From Patescibacteria group bacterium (GTDB lineage Bacteria > Patescibacteriota > Minisyncoccia > Phycocordibacterales > UBA9973), in contig JBBTUY010000001.1 in NCBI GenBank assembly GCA_038063515.1, forward strand, positions 10,972-74,971: DNA of 64,000 nucleotides. Reading direction: 5' to 3'. Positions 18,943-29,612 of the stretch are shown one piece after another; the stretch's first letter is position 1, and each line of letters opens with the position of its first letter. A program made the position numbers and the translations under genes. A model generated the notes under the pieces. It was not told the origin of the DNA and did no database searches. It worked only from the letters and a program-made list of their open reading frames with translations.

Positions 18943-19397
18943 TTTACGTGAGCTTTGTCTAATACTTCTTTTTCTTCTGTGGTAAGTTCGTAATCTGATT
19001 TTCTATTTTTAATTGGCTTGGCAAATACACTCATTCGTTCACGAGCATACAGACTTGAAAGTATAACTCCGTCTCCATCTTCGTTTAGAAGTCCAATTGC
19101 AAAGCTTTGATTGCTACCTTGATCAGAGAATGGATTAAATCTTATGGTTTCAAGTCCGCGAATACTTTTTCGCATTTTTAGATTCATAACACCCATTTCT
19201 TTCTCTATGTCCTCTCTCGCTTTCTTTAATTTCACAATTTCGTTTTCAAGTGCTAGTATATTGTCTTCGAGGTTTTTTCCATTTTTACCCATAAAGAATC
19301 TCTTAAGACGCTTTTCTGTCATAGTTACCCAAAAAGACCCCACAAGGAGAAAAAAACCAAATACAACAAACAAAACTATTTCGAGCTTTATATCCAT
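18939..19397 (-). CDS. DUF4446-like membrane-anchored coiled-coil protein
   Basis: IRFNPFSDQGSNQSFAIGLL..GDGVILSSLYARE..FAKPI. Confidence 0.75.
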   Translation of the reverse strand: MDIKLEIVLFVVFGFFLLVGSFWVTMTEKRLKRFFMGKNGKNLEDNILALENEIVKLKKAREDIEKEMGVMNLKMRKSIRGLETIRFNPFSDQGSNQSFAIGLLNEDGDGVILSSLYARERMSVFAKPIKNRKSDYELTTEEKEVLDKAHVK

Positions 19398-19433
19398 ACA
19401 TTTTCAATATATACTATTTTCATGAGGAGATCA

Positions 19434-20636
19434 ATGAATAAATTTAATAAAACAAAGAATACAGTTTACCTAGACCATGCTTCTTCGGCTAACTTTGCGT
19501 CTTCAAATCCAAGTGCCATTCACGCACTCGGAGTACAAGAGAAAAATAAATTAGAAAATGTGAGAAAAAAAGTGGCAGACATTTTACATGCACACTCTGA
19601 TGAAGTCGTTTTCACATCAGGTGCTACTGAGAGCAATAACTTAGCTATCTTGGGACTTGTTTCTGATTTTAATAAACCACATATTGTTACTACAAACATA
19701 GAACATGCATCTGTATTAGAACTTTGTAAACATTTAGAAGAAACAAAGAGAGCAACAGTGACGTATGTCGAAGTGGGTAACGACGGAATAGTTGATCCAA
19801 AGAAAATAAAAAAAGCTATAAAAGAAAATACAGTACTTGTGTCTGTGATGTATGCAAATAATGAAATAGGTACAATACAACCGATACAAGAAATTGCAAA
19901 AGAGATTCGACACTATAATAAAAGAAACAGGAAAATGAAGTTTTTGGAATGGTCTTCTGATTTTTTCCGAGGACCTGAGAAAAATTTGCATTTTCCTGTT
20001 TCTTTTCATACCGACGCTACACAAGCTGTAAATTATTTATCTATAAATGTTGCCAAGCTCGGTGTAGACTTGATGTCTTTTAATGGCGCAAAAATTTATG
20101 GCCCAAAAGGTGTTGGAGTTTTGTATGTAAAGAAAAATACACCTATTAAGAAAATAATGTTTGGCGGAGACCAAGAGCACGGATTGCGCCCAGGCACAGA
20201 AAATGTTTCAGGTATTACAGAGCTTGCATTTGCTTTAGAGCACACAGAAAAGATTAAGGAAAGGGAAGTCGCGCGTCTCTCTAAGCTCCGTGAATATTTT
20301 ATAAATAAATTATCAAATATTTCACACGCTCACGAAATAAATGGTGATCTGGTAAATAGATTACCAAACAACATAAACATTACCTTCCCAAATATCCCAA
20401 GTGATCTTCTTGTCATAGAATTATCAGCACACGGAATAATGTCTTCTGCGAAGAGTGCGTGTAAATCAGGCGACGGCAAAGCATCACATGTAATACAAGC
20501 AATAAATAAAAATATTAAAGATACAGACGGATCATTGCGTTTTTCTCTCGGTAGAGATACTGCAAAACATGATATCGACTACACTATTACAGTTTTAAAA
20601 AATGTTTTGCAAAAATTAGAAAAATGGTATAATTAA
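19434..20636 (+). CDS. iscS: Cysteine desulfurase (IscS/NifS family) with an in-frame palindromic insertion
   Basis: YLDHAS, FTSGATESNN, ANNEIGTIQP, FHTDATQA, PLP Lys in AKIYGPKG, catalytic Cys in SACKS. Confidence 0.9.
   Translation: MNKFNKTKNTVYLDHASSANFASSNPSAIHALGVQEKNKLENVRKKVADILHAHSDEVVFTSGATESNNLAILGLVSDFNKPHIVTTNIEHASVLELCKHLEETKRATVTYVEVGNDGIVDPKKIKKAIKENTVLVSVMYANNEIGTIQPIQEIAKEIRHYNKRNRKMKFLEWSSDFFRGPEKNLHFPVSFHTDATQAVNYLSINVAKLGVDLMSFNGAKIYGPKGVGVLYVKKNTPIKKIMFGGDQEHGLRPGTENVSGITELAFALEHTEKIKEREVARLSKLREYFINKLSNISHAHEINGDLVNRLPNNINITFPNIPSDLLVIELSAHGIMSSAKSACKSGDGKASHVIQAINKNIKDTDGSLRFSLGRDTAKHDIDYTITVLKNVLQKLEKWYN
19920..20006. repeat. In-frame palindromic element inside iscS
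   Basis: 18 bp perfect arms AAAAGAAACAGGAAAATG / CATTTTCCTGTTTCTTTT. Confidence 0.85.
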
Positions 20637-20639
20637 ATT

Positions 20640-21170
20640 ATGGATGTAAAAGATTTAAACAAATCACAGCTTATACTTCTTGCGATACTACTTTCTTTCG
20701 TTACGTCTATAGCTACTGGTATCACCACTGTGACATTGCTCCAGCAAGCACCTACGTCTGTGAGCATTCCTATCACTCGTGTTGTTCGTGAGACAGTAGA
20801 GAAGATAGTCCCGACTGTTGTCACCCCCACTGTAAATACTCCAGCACTATCTGATGAACAAAAGAAGCTTTTAGAAGAGTTAAAAGCTATTAAGCCACTC
20901 ACTGTCACTCTAGTTTTAAAAGGAGACAAAGAGGATAAAGTTTTAGGCACAGGATTATTTTTAGGGGATAACAAAGTTGTGATAGCATCCTTAATATCAG
21001 GACCAAAAGAAGGTGAAGTGTATCTCGTACGATCTGTCCTAGGAGAGCAAAAAGTTTCTAAAGTAACACAAGAAAAAGATTTTACAATCATTGAGTTAGT
21101 TAAAACCGAAGTTACACCTCCTCCATCTGTCCCTACTCCAAAAGAAGGAGAGCCTGAAATAAAACAATAA
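20640..21170 (+). CDS. Membrane-anchored protein with a partial trypsin/HtrA-like segment
   Basis: N-terminal TM; VLGTGLFLGDNKVVI resembles the GSGFII strand; no catalytic triad visible. Confidence 0.55.
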   Translation: MDVKDLNKSQLILLAILLSFVTSIATGITTVTLLQQAPTSVSIPITRVVRETVEKIVPTVVTPTVNTPALSDEQKKLLEELKAIKPLTVTLVLKGDKEDKVLGTGLFLGDNKVVIASLISGPKEGEVYLVRSVLGEQKVSKVTQEKDFTIIELVKTEVTPPPSVPTPKEGEPEIKQ

Positions 21171-21289
21171 TCTGCACATCATATTCATATATAGAAAGTT
21201 CTCATGTGTTGACACAAAAGTGTATTATGAGATTATAGACCATATATTTTTGAGAACCTTAAAATATCGTTATAAATAAATAAAATATA

Positions 21290-24007
21290 ATGCCACCATT
21301 ACATAAATTTACAACTAAAGCTAAAGATGCAATAAAAAAGGCTCACGAGCTTGCCATAGAGCGTGGTGTTAACCACGTGTCATCTTTGCATTTACTAGGA
21401 GCACTGCTTTTAGCAGAGGAGTCTATGGTAAATTCTATTTTAGATAAATTAGACATAGACACGATGCTTTTGACGGATTCTGTTTTAGAGTTGATAGAGC
21501 TACCAGAGGCACATTCGACTTTGTCACCTGCGTATCAGATTTATTTAAATCCAGATCTTGCACAAGTTATAGAACACTCAGCCAAGCTTGCAGAATACAT
21601 GAAGGATGATTTTGTTTCGACAGAGCATTTGTTCATAGCCATTTTAGAAGTTACAAGTGAAGCTCGCGAGACACTGGCTCGTTTTAGGATTGGGAAAGAT
21701 CAGGTTTTGAAAGTCCTCGAAGAGCTTCGCAGTCAAAACATCACAGATGTAAATGAACCAAAGAAATTTAAATTAATTTTAAAATATACAAGGAATCTCA
21801 CAAAATTAGCAAAAGAAGACAAGCTCGATCCTGTCATTGGTCGTGATAGTGAGATTACACGCATCATGCAGATACTTTCTCGAAGGACAAAAAACAATCC
21901 GATACTGATTGGTGAAGCTGGCACAGGTAAGACAGCAGTGGTGGAAGGGCTTGCAGAACGTATAGTAAAAGGTAATGTTCCAGAATCACTAAAAGATAAA
22001 GAGCTTGTATCTCTCGACTTAGGTATGCTTGTCGCCGGTACAAAATACAGAGGCGAATTTGAAGAAAGACTGAAAGGCATAATGAAAGAAATAGAAAGAT
22101 CAGATAATAAAATTATTCTTTTTATTGATGAGATCCACACAATAGTCGGAGCTGGTGGGGCAGAAGGTACTATGGATGCTTCAAATATGCTAAAACCCGC
22201 ACTTTCACGCGGTGAGCTACGTGCGATAGGTGCAACTACTTTAAAAGAATATCAAAAGCACATAGAGAAAGATCCTGCACTCGCTCGTCGTTTCCAGCCT
22301 GTTTACATAGATGAGCCTAGCATCGAAGATGCAGTTACAATACTACGCGGACTTAAAGAAAAGTACGAGCTATTTCACGGTGTGAGGATTACTGATGATG
22401 CGATAATCTCCGCAGTAAATCTTTCTGCTAGATACATCACAAATAGATTTCTTCCAGATAAAGCAGTGGACTTAATAGACGAAGCTTCTTCTTCACTTAA
22501 AATAATGCTTGAGAACAAGCCTGCTGTTTTAGAAGATGCACATAGAAAAATAATGCGTTTTGAAATAGAGAAAGAAGCCCTGAAAAAAGAGCTCTCTGTT
22601 TTAGCTGGAGAAAAAGGTAAAGAAGAGAAAGAAAAAGACAAAGAAATACGAAATAGAATAAAAGAAGTGGATCGTGAAATAGGAAATCTGTATGAAAAGA
22701 CAAAAGAACTCGAGTTAAAATGGACAAATGAAAAGGCTATCGTCACCGAAATCAGAACTATAAAAAAAGAATTAGAGACTATTCGTCTCGAGGCTGAAGA
22801 TGCAGAGATGAAATCAGATCTTTCTCGTGCAGCCGAGATACGCTACGGGAAAATCCCTTCTCTTAAAAAAGATTTAGAAGTAAAACTCACAAGACTTAAG
22901 AAATTACAGAAATCTCGCCGAATATTAAAAGAAGAAATTACAGCGGAAGATATTGCAGAAGTTGTTTCTCGTTGGACAGGTATTCCTCTTACAAAGATGC
23001 TTGAAGAAGAGCGTGTAAAGTTAGAGAAAATGGAGCTTGAATTAAATAAAAGAGTTGTCGGACAGACTGAAGCCATATCTCGTGTGGCAAATGTTATCAG
23101 ACGTTCTCGTGCTGACATAGGAGATCCCAATAGACCCATAGGCTCATTTATGTTCCTAGGTCCTACTGGTGTCGGTAAGACAGAGCTTACAAAGACTCTC
23201 GGGCAATTTATGTTTAATGACGAGCGAGCAATTATCAGGGTGGACATGTCAGAATACATGGAAAGACATTCTGTATCAAAACTCATTGGTTCACCTCCTG
23301 GATACATAGGATATGATGAGGCAGGACAGCTGACCGAGTCTGTACGACACAGACCGTACTCTGTTGTTTTATTTGATGAGATTGAAAAGGCACATCCTGA
23401 AGTTTTCAATATGCTTTTGCAAGTTATTGACGAGGGAAGACTTACGGATGGAAAAGGAAGAATGGTTAATTTTAAAAATACAATTATCATTCTTACCTCC
23501 AACCTAGGATCACAGTTTGTAGAGAAGATGGAGTCTATCGGTTTCTCTAATAACTCTAAAAAGGATGACTATACCAACATGAAAGAAAAGGTTATGGAAA
23601 CCTTAAAAGATAGTTTCCGTCCAGAATTTTTAAACCGTCTTGATGAGATTATAGTATTCGATATTCTTACACCCGAGTCTATTCGTGAGATTGTAAACCT
23701 CAGGATTAAAGTTGTGCAACATCGTTTATTTGCAAAGGGTATTACCTTATCTCTCGATGATGACGCTATCTCTTATTTGGTAAAAGAAGGATACGATCCA
23801 CATTATGGCGCACGACCTTTGAACCGCTTAATTCAAAATAAAATATTAAACCCTGTTGCTTCATATATAATAAGCAATCAAGTAAAGAAAGGGGACAGTG
23901 TCTTTGTAAGTGCTAAAAATAACGAGCTTGTTATTGAAAACAGAAAACCTGCTAAAACTGGTAAAATAAAAAGCACCATTCACACTAGCTCTCGCTCTAA
24001 AGTTTAA
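21290..24007 (+). CDS. clpB: ATP-dependent chaperone ClpB
   Basis: Two AAA+ modules ([16 protein letters not shown]), long coiled-coil middle domain, RPEFLNRLD. Confidence 0.92.
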   Translation: MPPLHKFTTKAKDAIKKAHELAIERGVNHVSSLHLLGALLLAEESMVNSILDKLDIDTMLLTDSVLELIELPEAHSTLSPAYQIYLNPDLAQVIEHSAKLAEYMKDDFVSTEHLFIAILEVTSEARETLARFRIGKDQVLKVLEELRSQNITDVNEPKKFKLILKYTRNLTKLAKEDKLDPVIGRDSEITRIMQILSRRTKNNPILIGEAGTGKTAVVEGLAERIVKGNVPESLKDKELVSLDLGMLVAGTKYRGEFEERLKGIMKEIERSDNKIILFIDEIHTIVGAGGAEGTMDASNMLKPALSRGELRAIGATTLKEYQKHIEKDPALARRFQPVYIDEPSIEDAVTILRGLKEKYELFHGVRITDDAIISAVNLSARYITNRFLPDKAVDLIDEASSSLKIMLENKPAVLEDAHRKIMRFEIEKEALKKELSVLAGEKGKEEKEKDKEIRNRIKEVDREIGNLYEKTKELELKWTNEKAIVTEIRTIKKELETIRLEAEDAEMKSDLSRAAEIRYGKIPSLKKDLEVKLTRLKKLQKSRRILKEEITAEDIAEVVSRWTGIPLTKMLEEERVKLEKMELELNKRVVGQTEAISRVANVIRRSRADIGDPNRPIGSFMFLGPTGVGKTELTKTLGQFMFNDERAIIRVDMSEYMERHSVSKLIGSPPGYIGYDEAGQLTESVRHRPYSVVLFDEIEKAHPEVFNMLLQVIDEGRLTDGKGRMVNFKNTIIILTSNLGSQFVEKMESIGFSNNSKKDDYTNMKEKVMETLKDSFRPEFLNRLDEIIVFDILTPESIREIVNLRIKVVQHRLFAKGITLSLDDDAISYLVKEGYDPHYGARPLNRLIQNKILNPVASYIISNQVKKGDSVFVSAKNNELVIENRKPAKTGKIKSTIHTSSRSKV

Positions 24008-24075
24008 AATTTTAAATTTGTAAAAATACATAAAAAAGTGTATAGTTTTTTGTATGCATATATCTGTGCATACAT

Positions 24076-24159
24076 GCGTCGGTGGTAGAGTGGTCAAATA
24101 CAACAGACTGTAAATCTGTCGGCCTTAGGCCTACGAAGGTTCGAATCCTTCCCGACGCA
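24076..24159 (+). tRNA. tRNA-Tyr(GTA)
   Basis: GCGTCGG..CCGACGC-A, anticodon loop CT-GTA-AA, long variable arm. Confidence 0.94.
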
Positions 24160-24161
24160 CA

Positions 24162-24200
24162 ATATAAAAACCCTAAGCTTTTGCTTTAGGGTTTTTATAT
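24162..24200 (+). terminator. Terminator after tRNA-Tyr
   Basis: ATATAAAAACCCTAA...TTAGGGTTTTTATAT. Confidence 0.75.
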
Positions 24201-24342
24201 ATATGTGCTCGAGAGGAAGAGTGCTTGCACAAGACTGACCCTTTTTTTATTTGTTATTTTCCGAGAAGTATGTTACAATTATAGGGTGTTAAAAGAGCCT
24301 CCGGGCTTTTTTTCTTTATTATTTACTTAAATTCTTAAAATT

Positions 24343-26145
24343 ATGGAAATTCGAAACATAGCTATTATCGCTCACGTGGACCATGGAAAGACAACTCTTA
24401 CAGATGCTTTAATGAAGCAAAATGGTGGTCTACAAGATGAAGGACTGTCCATGGACTCAAATGCTCTAGAAAAAGAGCGTGGTATTACTATTTATTCTAA
24501 AAATACATCTATCACGTACAAGGGTACGAAGATAAACATAGTAGATACTCCAGGTCACGCTGACTTCGGATCTGAAGTAGAGCGTGTGCTTCGTGCTATT
24601 GATTGCGTGCTTCTTTTAGTTGACGCTGTCGAAGGTCCTATGCCTCAGACGAGATTTGTTTTGAAAAAATCACTCGAGCTTGGTTTAAAACCAATAGTTG
24701 TTATAAATAAAATAGACAAGCCCGCATCTGACCCACACAGAGTACACGAAGAAGTTTTAGAATTATTCTTTGAATTAGGTGCTAGCGAAGAGCAGGCAGA
24801 TTTTGAAACCATATACGCAATAGGACGTGAAGGAAAAGCATTTAAAAATCTAGGTGATGAGTCTTCAGATTTATCTCCTCTGGTTGATTTAATTTTAGAA
24901 AAAGTTCCTCCAGCTTCTGTAAAGGAAGGAGAGAAAATGGCCGCACAAGTTTTCAACTTGGGTTACGACAATTTCTTAGGAAGAATGGCTGTATGCAGAA
25001 TATACAGTGGTAAGATTGTCTCTGGTAGTACTGTTTTCGTAAAAGGTGAAAATGGAACTCGTAAAGGAAAGATAACTAAACTTTTTTCCTTCGAAGGTAT
25101 TGCAAGAAAAGACATAGACAATGCGACTTCTGGAGACATAGTTTTACTCTCAGGTATTCCAGACATCTACATAGGAGAAACTTTATGTGAAGATGAAACA
25201 GTAGACCCGCTTCCACACATAGCCATAGATGAGCCGACTTTGTCTCTTAACTTTTTAGTTAACGACTCTCCATTTGCAGGAACAGAAGGAAAGTTTGTGA
25301 CATCTCGTCAGATAAAAGAAAGACTAGAAAAAGAGCTTGAAATAAACGTCGGACTAAAAGTTGATTTTGCTCCAGATCAAGGTGACAACAAAGGTGGCCC
25401 TAGCTTTTTCAAAGTCTACGGACGAGGTGAGCTTCACATAGCTATTCTTTTAGAAAACATGCGCCGTGAAGGATTTGAAATGCAGGTATCACAGCCAGAG
25501 GTTATTGTGAAAGAGGAAAATGGAATGAAGACAGAGCCATACGAAGAACTCGTAATAGATGTTCCTATGGAATTCTCTGGAAGTGTTATAGAGAAGATTG
25601 GCAAGAGACGTGGAATCATGAAAGACATGGTAGAGAAAATGAATATTGCCAGAATAACCTTTGACATACCTACTCGTGGACTACTTGGTTATAGAGGAGA
25701 GTTTATAATTGATACAAAAGGTGAGGGGATCATGAGCTCTCGTGTTACAGGATTTAGAGAGTATGCAGGTGAGATAAAAAAGCGTTCTTATGGCTCTATG
25801 ATTTCCATGGTGGCAGGTAAAGCAGTTGCCTTTTCCTTGGCAAACTTGCAAGAACGTGGTATACTATATATAGAACATGGTAGTGCTGTATACGAAGGAA
25901 TGGTTGTCGGTAATGTTCTCAAAGGTGAGGACATGTCAGTAAACCCTACTAAAGGAAAACAGCTTACAAACATGCGTGCATCTGGTACAGATGAGGCCAT
26001 AACTTTAAATCCGGTGTTTATTTTGAGTATAGAACGTGGTCTTGAGGTTATGAACGGAGACGAATACTTAGAGGTTACCCCTCAGTCTGTGAGACTTAGA
26101 AAAAGATACTTAACAGAAGTTGATAGGAAGAAATTAGGTAAATAA
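24343..26145 (+). CDS. typA: Translational GTPase TypA/BipA
   Basis: IRNIAIIAHVDHGKTTL, GRGELHIAILLENMRREG, KQLTNMRASG. Confidence 0.96.
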   Translation: MEIRNIAIIAHVDHGKTTLTDALMKQNGGLQDEGLSMDSNALEKERGITIYSKNTSITYKGTKINIVDTPGHADFGSEVERVLRAIDCVLLLVDAVEGPMPQTRFVLKKSLELGLKPIVVINKIDKPASDPHRVHEEVLELFFELGASEEQADFETIYAIGREGKAFKNLGDESSDLSPLVDLILEKVPPASVKEGEKMAAQVFNLGYDNFLGRMAVCRIYSGKIVSGSTVFVKGENGTRKGKITKLFSFEGIARKDIDNATSGDIVLLSGIPDIYIGETLCEDETVDPLPHIAIDEPTLSLNFLVNDSPFAGTEGKFVTSRQIKERLEKELEINVGLKVDFAPDQGDNKGGPSFFKVYGRGELHIAILLENMRREGFEMQVSQPEVIVKEENGMKTEPYEELVIDVPMEFSGSVIEKIGKRRGIMKDMVEKMNIARITFDIPTRGLLGYRGEFIIDTKGEGIMSSRVTGFREYAGEIKKRSYGSMISMVAGKAVAFSLANLQERGILYIEHGSAVYEGMVVGNVLKGEDMSVNPTKGKQLTNMRASGTDEAITLNPVFILSIERGLEVMNGDEYLEVTPQSVRLRKRYLTEVDRKKLGK

Positions 26146-26148
26146 AAC

Positions 26149-27180
26149 ATGTCTATAACAATATCTTTTAAACCAAAAAAAGTTACTAAAAAAATAACAT
26201 CAGAACTCGCATCTCGCGCTTCTGATGTTATTGTCAATCGTTTCGGATTAACTCTTGACGGTAAAAGAAAAACTCTCGAAGAGATAGGAAAGAAATACAA
26301 CATCACCAGAGAAAGAGTTCGCCAGATTGAAGAAGTAGCAATAGCTTCTATAAAAAAGTCTGGTGCGTACCACACAGAGCAAGCTATTTTCGAAGAGTTG
26401 AAGCAACTTATGCACAAGCTAGGATCAGTCGTAGCGGAGCATGAGCTTCTTCCTTATATTTCTAAAGATAAAATAACTCAGAATCATATTCATTTCTTGC
26501 TTACACTAAGTGATTCTTTTAAAAAGCATCGTGAAGATCAGCATTTTCATTCACGTTTTAGTGTGGATGATGAGATGGCATTACGTGTGCATGAAGCACT
26601 ACGTAAGTTGTATTCGAGTTTAAGTGACGAAGACCTGGTTACAGAAACTGAAATAATAAAAAAGTTTTTTGATCACCTTAAAGAGGTTGCAGAGGAATAC
26701 AGAGATGATGAGATAGTAAAGAGGTGGCTTTCTATGTCTAAGACTATTGCTAAGAATCCGCTTGGTGAGTGGGGTAAAGCTTCTTCTCCAAATATAAAGA
26801 TTCGCGGAGTTAAAGATTACGCTTTTCTTGTCATGAGAAGTCATGGTTCTCCTATGCATTTTCGTGAAGTTGCAGACTCTATATCTAAGACTTTTAGTAA
26901 AAAGATACACTACGCTACATGTCACAATGAATTAATCAAAGATCCACGATTTGTTTTAGTAGGTCGCGGTATATACTCGCTTGCTGAGTGGGGATACAAG
27001 TCTGGTACCGCTCGCGAAGTTATGATAGATATATTAAAAAAAGAAGGACCACTCTCACGAGAAGATATAATTTCCAAAGTTAATAAAGAGAGATACTTTA
27101 AGAAAAATACTATTTTAGTAAACCTTGTAAACTCTAAGTTTTTCAAGAAAAACAAAGAAGGACTCTATATTCTAGCTTAA
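26149..27180 (+). CDS. Sigma70 region-4 HTH protein with C-terminal winged-HTH (RNAP delta/HARE-HTH-like)
   Basis: RFGL..RKTLEEIGKKYNITRERVRQIE; PMHFREVA..HNELIKDPRFVLVGRGIYSLAEWG. Confidence 0.75.
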   Translation: MSITISFKPKKVTKKITSELASRASDVIVNRFGLTLDGKRKTLEEIGKKYNITRERVRQIEEVAIASIKKSGAYHTEQAIFEELKQLMHKLGSVVAEHELLPYISKDKITQNHIHFLLTLSDSFKKHREDQHFHSRFSVDDEMALRVHEALRKLYSSLSDEDLVTETEIIKKFFDHLKEVAEEYRDDEIVKRWLSMSKTIAKNPLGEWGKASSPNIKIRGVKDYAFLVMRSHGSPMHFREVADSISKTFSKKIHYATCHNELIKDPRFVLVGRGIYSLAEWGYKSGTAREVMIDILKKEGPLSREDIISKVNKERYFKKNTILVNLVNSKFFKKNKEGLYILA

Positions 27181-27250
27181 ATAAAGTTACATTTTCTTTA
27201 TAATGCATTTTTTCATTTCTTTTTTATCGTTTATGTATTATTATTAGTAC

Positions 27251-28651
27251 ATGACTGAGTTTGGAGATAATCTCGAACACATTATAGCAAATTATTGGCA
27301 CTACATTTTAGCTTTAATAGCTATATTTTTTCTTTGGTACTACGATTTGCTTCGTGGAGCTATAGAAGCAGCACTAGCCCTTGCCGGAGTTATTATACTT
27401 GGACGTATGGCTTGGAAGGTATGGGTGCATTATGTTCAGCAGGATTTTATCTCAGGTATCGATTATGTTTTACTTGAGATCATCCCTCCACGAGAAGTTT
27501 TAAGAAATCCTAAAGCAATGGAGCTTTTTTTTAGTAATGCACTCTATCACTGGAGTTTAAAAGGAGGAAAAGAGGAATACTGGCAGGGTGCAGTGTGGTT
27601 TTGGTTTTCTCTTGAGATCGCATCCATTGACGGACAAGTGCATTTTTATGTACGTACACCCACTCGTATACGAGGGCTCATAGAGACACAGATGTACGCT
27701 CAGTATCCTCAAGCACAAGTAAAGGAAGTGGAAGACTATACTATGGCTGTGGATAAAATAAGCCCTGATAGTAAATGGATGGGTTGGGGTTGTGAATTTA
27801 AATTAAAGAAAAATGAAGCATATCCTATTAAAACTTATGTGGATTTCGGTCTTGATAAGGATCCTAAAGAAGAGTATAAGGTTGACCCTATTTCACCTCT
27901 TATAGAGCTTTTTGGTTCACTTAAAAAGGGTGAGCAAATGTGGGTGCAGATAGTCGTAACGCCTTCTAAAAAAGCTTACAAAACTAAAGGGACATTGTTT
28001 GGATCTCATGACTGGGTACAAGAGGCGCAAGATGAAGTTTTAAGATTTCTTGCTCCATACACAAGCCATAAGGAGGTTAAGGAAATAGGTGATTATGGAA
28101 TAGGTAGGAGTCGTATTGAAACTCGTGTGCCGCCATTTTTAGATAGAGCAGTAAAAGCCATGGGTGCAAAGACTACAAAGCTTGGTTTCGACACCGGTAT
28201 ACGTGCATATTATGTAGCTCCTAAAGAAATATACGACATGAGTAGTAGGAGAAACATCCGTCTCATCTTCCGTCAGTATGATGCTCCTGATAGTAATGGA
28301 CTTATCCGTACAAATCCTACTCAGGCTGATGCGCTCGGTCGTTTCGGTGTTTTTTCTCTTTCCGCTGAGCAGGTCATGGTATTAGCAGACAGGATGCTCA
28401 ATGAGTACAGAGAAAGACAGTTTTTTCATCCACCACTTCGTCATCAAATTTTAAATAACCATAATATAAAATGGCCTTTTAATATTTTTGTACATCCATT
28501 TTTCTTACCATATCTTCATGGTAGTACTTTTGTTTTAAATACTGAAGAGCTTGCGACACTCTGGCATTTCCCTGGTCAGATACTCAAAGTTCCTACACTC
28601 GAACGTATCGAATCTAAAGAAGCTTCTCCTCCTACTAACTTACCGACTTAA
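27251..28651 (+). CDS. Conserved hypothetical membrane-anchored protein
   Basis: N-terminal TMs; FSLEIAS, YAQYPQAQV..VEDY, LNTEELATLWHFP motifs like those found N-terminal to CPR VirB4/TraD-like ATPases. Confidence 0.65.
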   Translation: MTEFGDNLEHIIANYWHYILALIAIFFLWYYDLLRGAIEAALALAGVIILGRMAWKVWVHYVQQDFISGIDYVLLEIIPPREVLRNPKAMELFFSNALYHWSLKGGKEEYWQGAVWFWFSLEIASIDGQVHFYVRTPTRIRGLIETQMYAQYPQAQVKEVEDYTMAVDKISPDSKWMGWGCEFKLKKNEAYPIKTYVDFGLDKDPKEEYKVDPISPLIELFGSLKKGEQMWVQIVVTPSKKAYKTKGTLFGSHDWVQEAQDEVLRFLAPYTSHKEVKEIGDYGIGRSRIETRVPPFLDRAVKAMGAKTTKLGFDTGIRAYYVAPKEIYDMSSRRNIRLIFRQYDAPDSNGLIRTNPTQADALGRFGVFSLSAEQVMVLADRMLNEYRERQFFHPPLRHQILNNHNIKWPFNIFVHPFFLPYLHGSTFVLNTEELATLWHFPGQILKVPTLERIESKEASPPTNLPT

Positions 28652-28654
28652 TAT

Positions 28655-29587
28655 ATGGAAAATGTCCCTTTCAACCCTAAAATACTAGGTGATAGTTCTA
28701 AGTTCCACAAGCATAGATATGCTATTTTTTCTTTTTTAATAATAGGTTTTATTTTTTTTGTATATTATTTATTTTTTTCTACACCTAGAAGTTTTCCTGT
28801 AAATTATAAATTACAAATAGAGCAAGGAGAGACTTTGCATGCTATATCAAATGAGCTTAAGAGAAATAATGTTATCCGGTCAAGTATTGCATTCGAGGCT
28901 TTCGTTATATTTTATAATGCAGAAAATAGTATAGTAGCTGGAGATTACTTGTTTGAAAAGAATATGCCTGTATGGCAAGTCGCAAGACGTATTTCTAAAA
29001 ATGTACGATTTGTTCCATCTGTTATAGTGGCTATTCCAGAAGGTTACGATATATATCAGATAGCCGATACGTATGCTAGCAAGCTATCTCTTTTCAGTAA
29101 AGAGAAATTTTTAGCCTATGCAAAAACCAAAGAAGGATATTTTTTCCCTGATACATATTACTTTTTAAACAATGACACAGAAAAGAATGTGATAGATTCT
29201 ATGAGTAAAAATTTTGAGAAGAAGCTTGCGCCCATTCGTCCAAATATACTAGCATCTGGTAAAAGTGAAAAAGATATCATAACCATGGCCTCTATTATAG
29301 AACGTGAATCAAGAGGATATTTCGATCGTAAGGAAATATCTGGAATTTTATGGAAGAGAATTTCTATAGGTATGAGACTGCAAGTAGACGCTGCACCGGT
29401 AACTTACCAAGCAAAAGGCTTACCAACAAATCCAATTTCTAATCCAGGATTAGAGGCAATAGATGCTGCCATTAATCCCAAAATTTCGAATTATTTGTAT
29501 TATTTACATGACAAAGATGGAAATATACATTATGCAAAAACTTTCGGTGAGCATAAGGCTAACATAGCGAAATATTTGACGAAGTAG
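28655..29587 (+). CDS. mltG: Endolytic transglycosylase MltG
   Basis: EGYFFPDTY, ASIIERE, MRLQVDA, GLPTNPISNPG. Confidence 0.9.
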   Translation: MENVPFNPKILGDSSKFHKHRYAIFSFLIIGFIFFVYYLFFSTPRSFPVNYKLQIEQGETLHAISNELKRNNVIRSSIAFEAFVIFYNAENSIVAGDYLFEKNMPVWQVARRISKNVRFVPSVIVAIPEGYDIYQIADTYASKLSLFSKEKFLAYAKTKEGYFFPDTYYFLNNDTEKNVIDSMSKNFEKKLAPIRPNILASGKSEKDIITMASIIERESRGYFDRKEISGILWKRISIGMRLQVDAAPVTYQAKGLPTNPISNPGLEAIDAAINPKISNYLYYLHDKDGNIHYAKTFGEHKANIAKYLTK

Positions 29588-29612
29588 TTTATTCTGTTAG
29601 ATTAAAGAATAA

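Noticed and set aside
24203-24219. att-site-like partial inverted copy of the tRNA-Tyr 3' end
   Set aside because: Short, gapped match that merely extends the terminator stem; no integrase nearby
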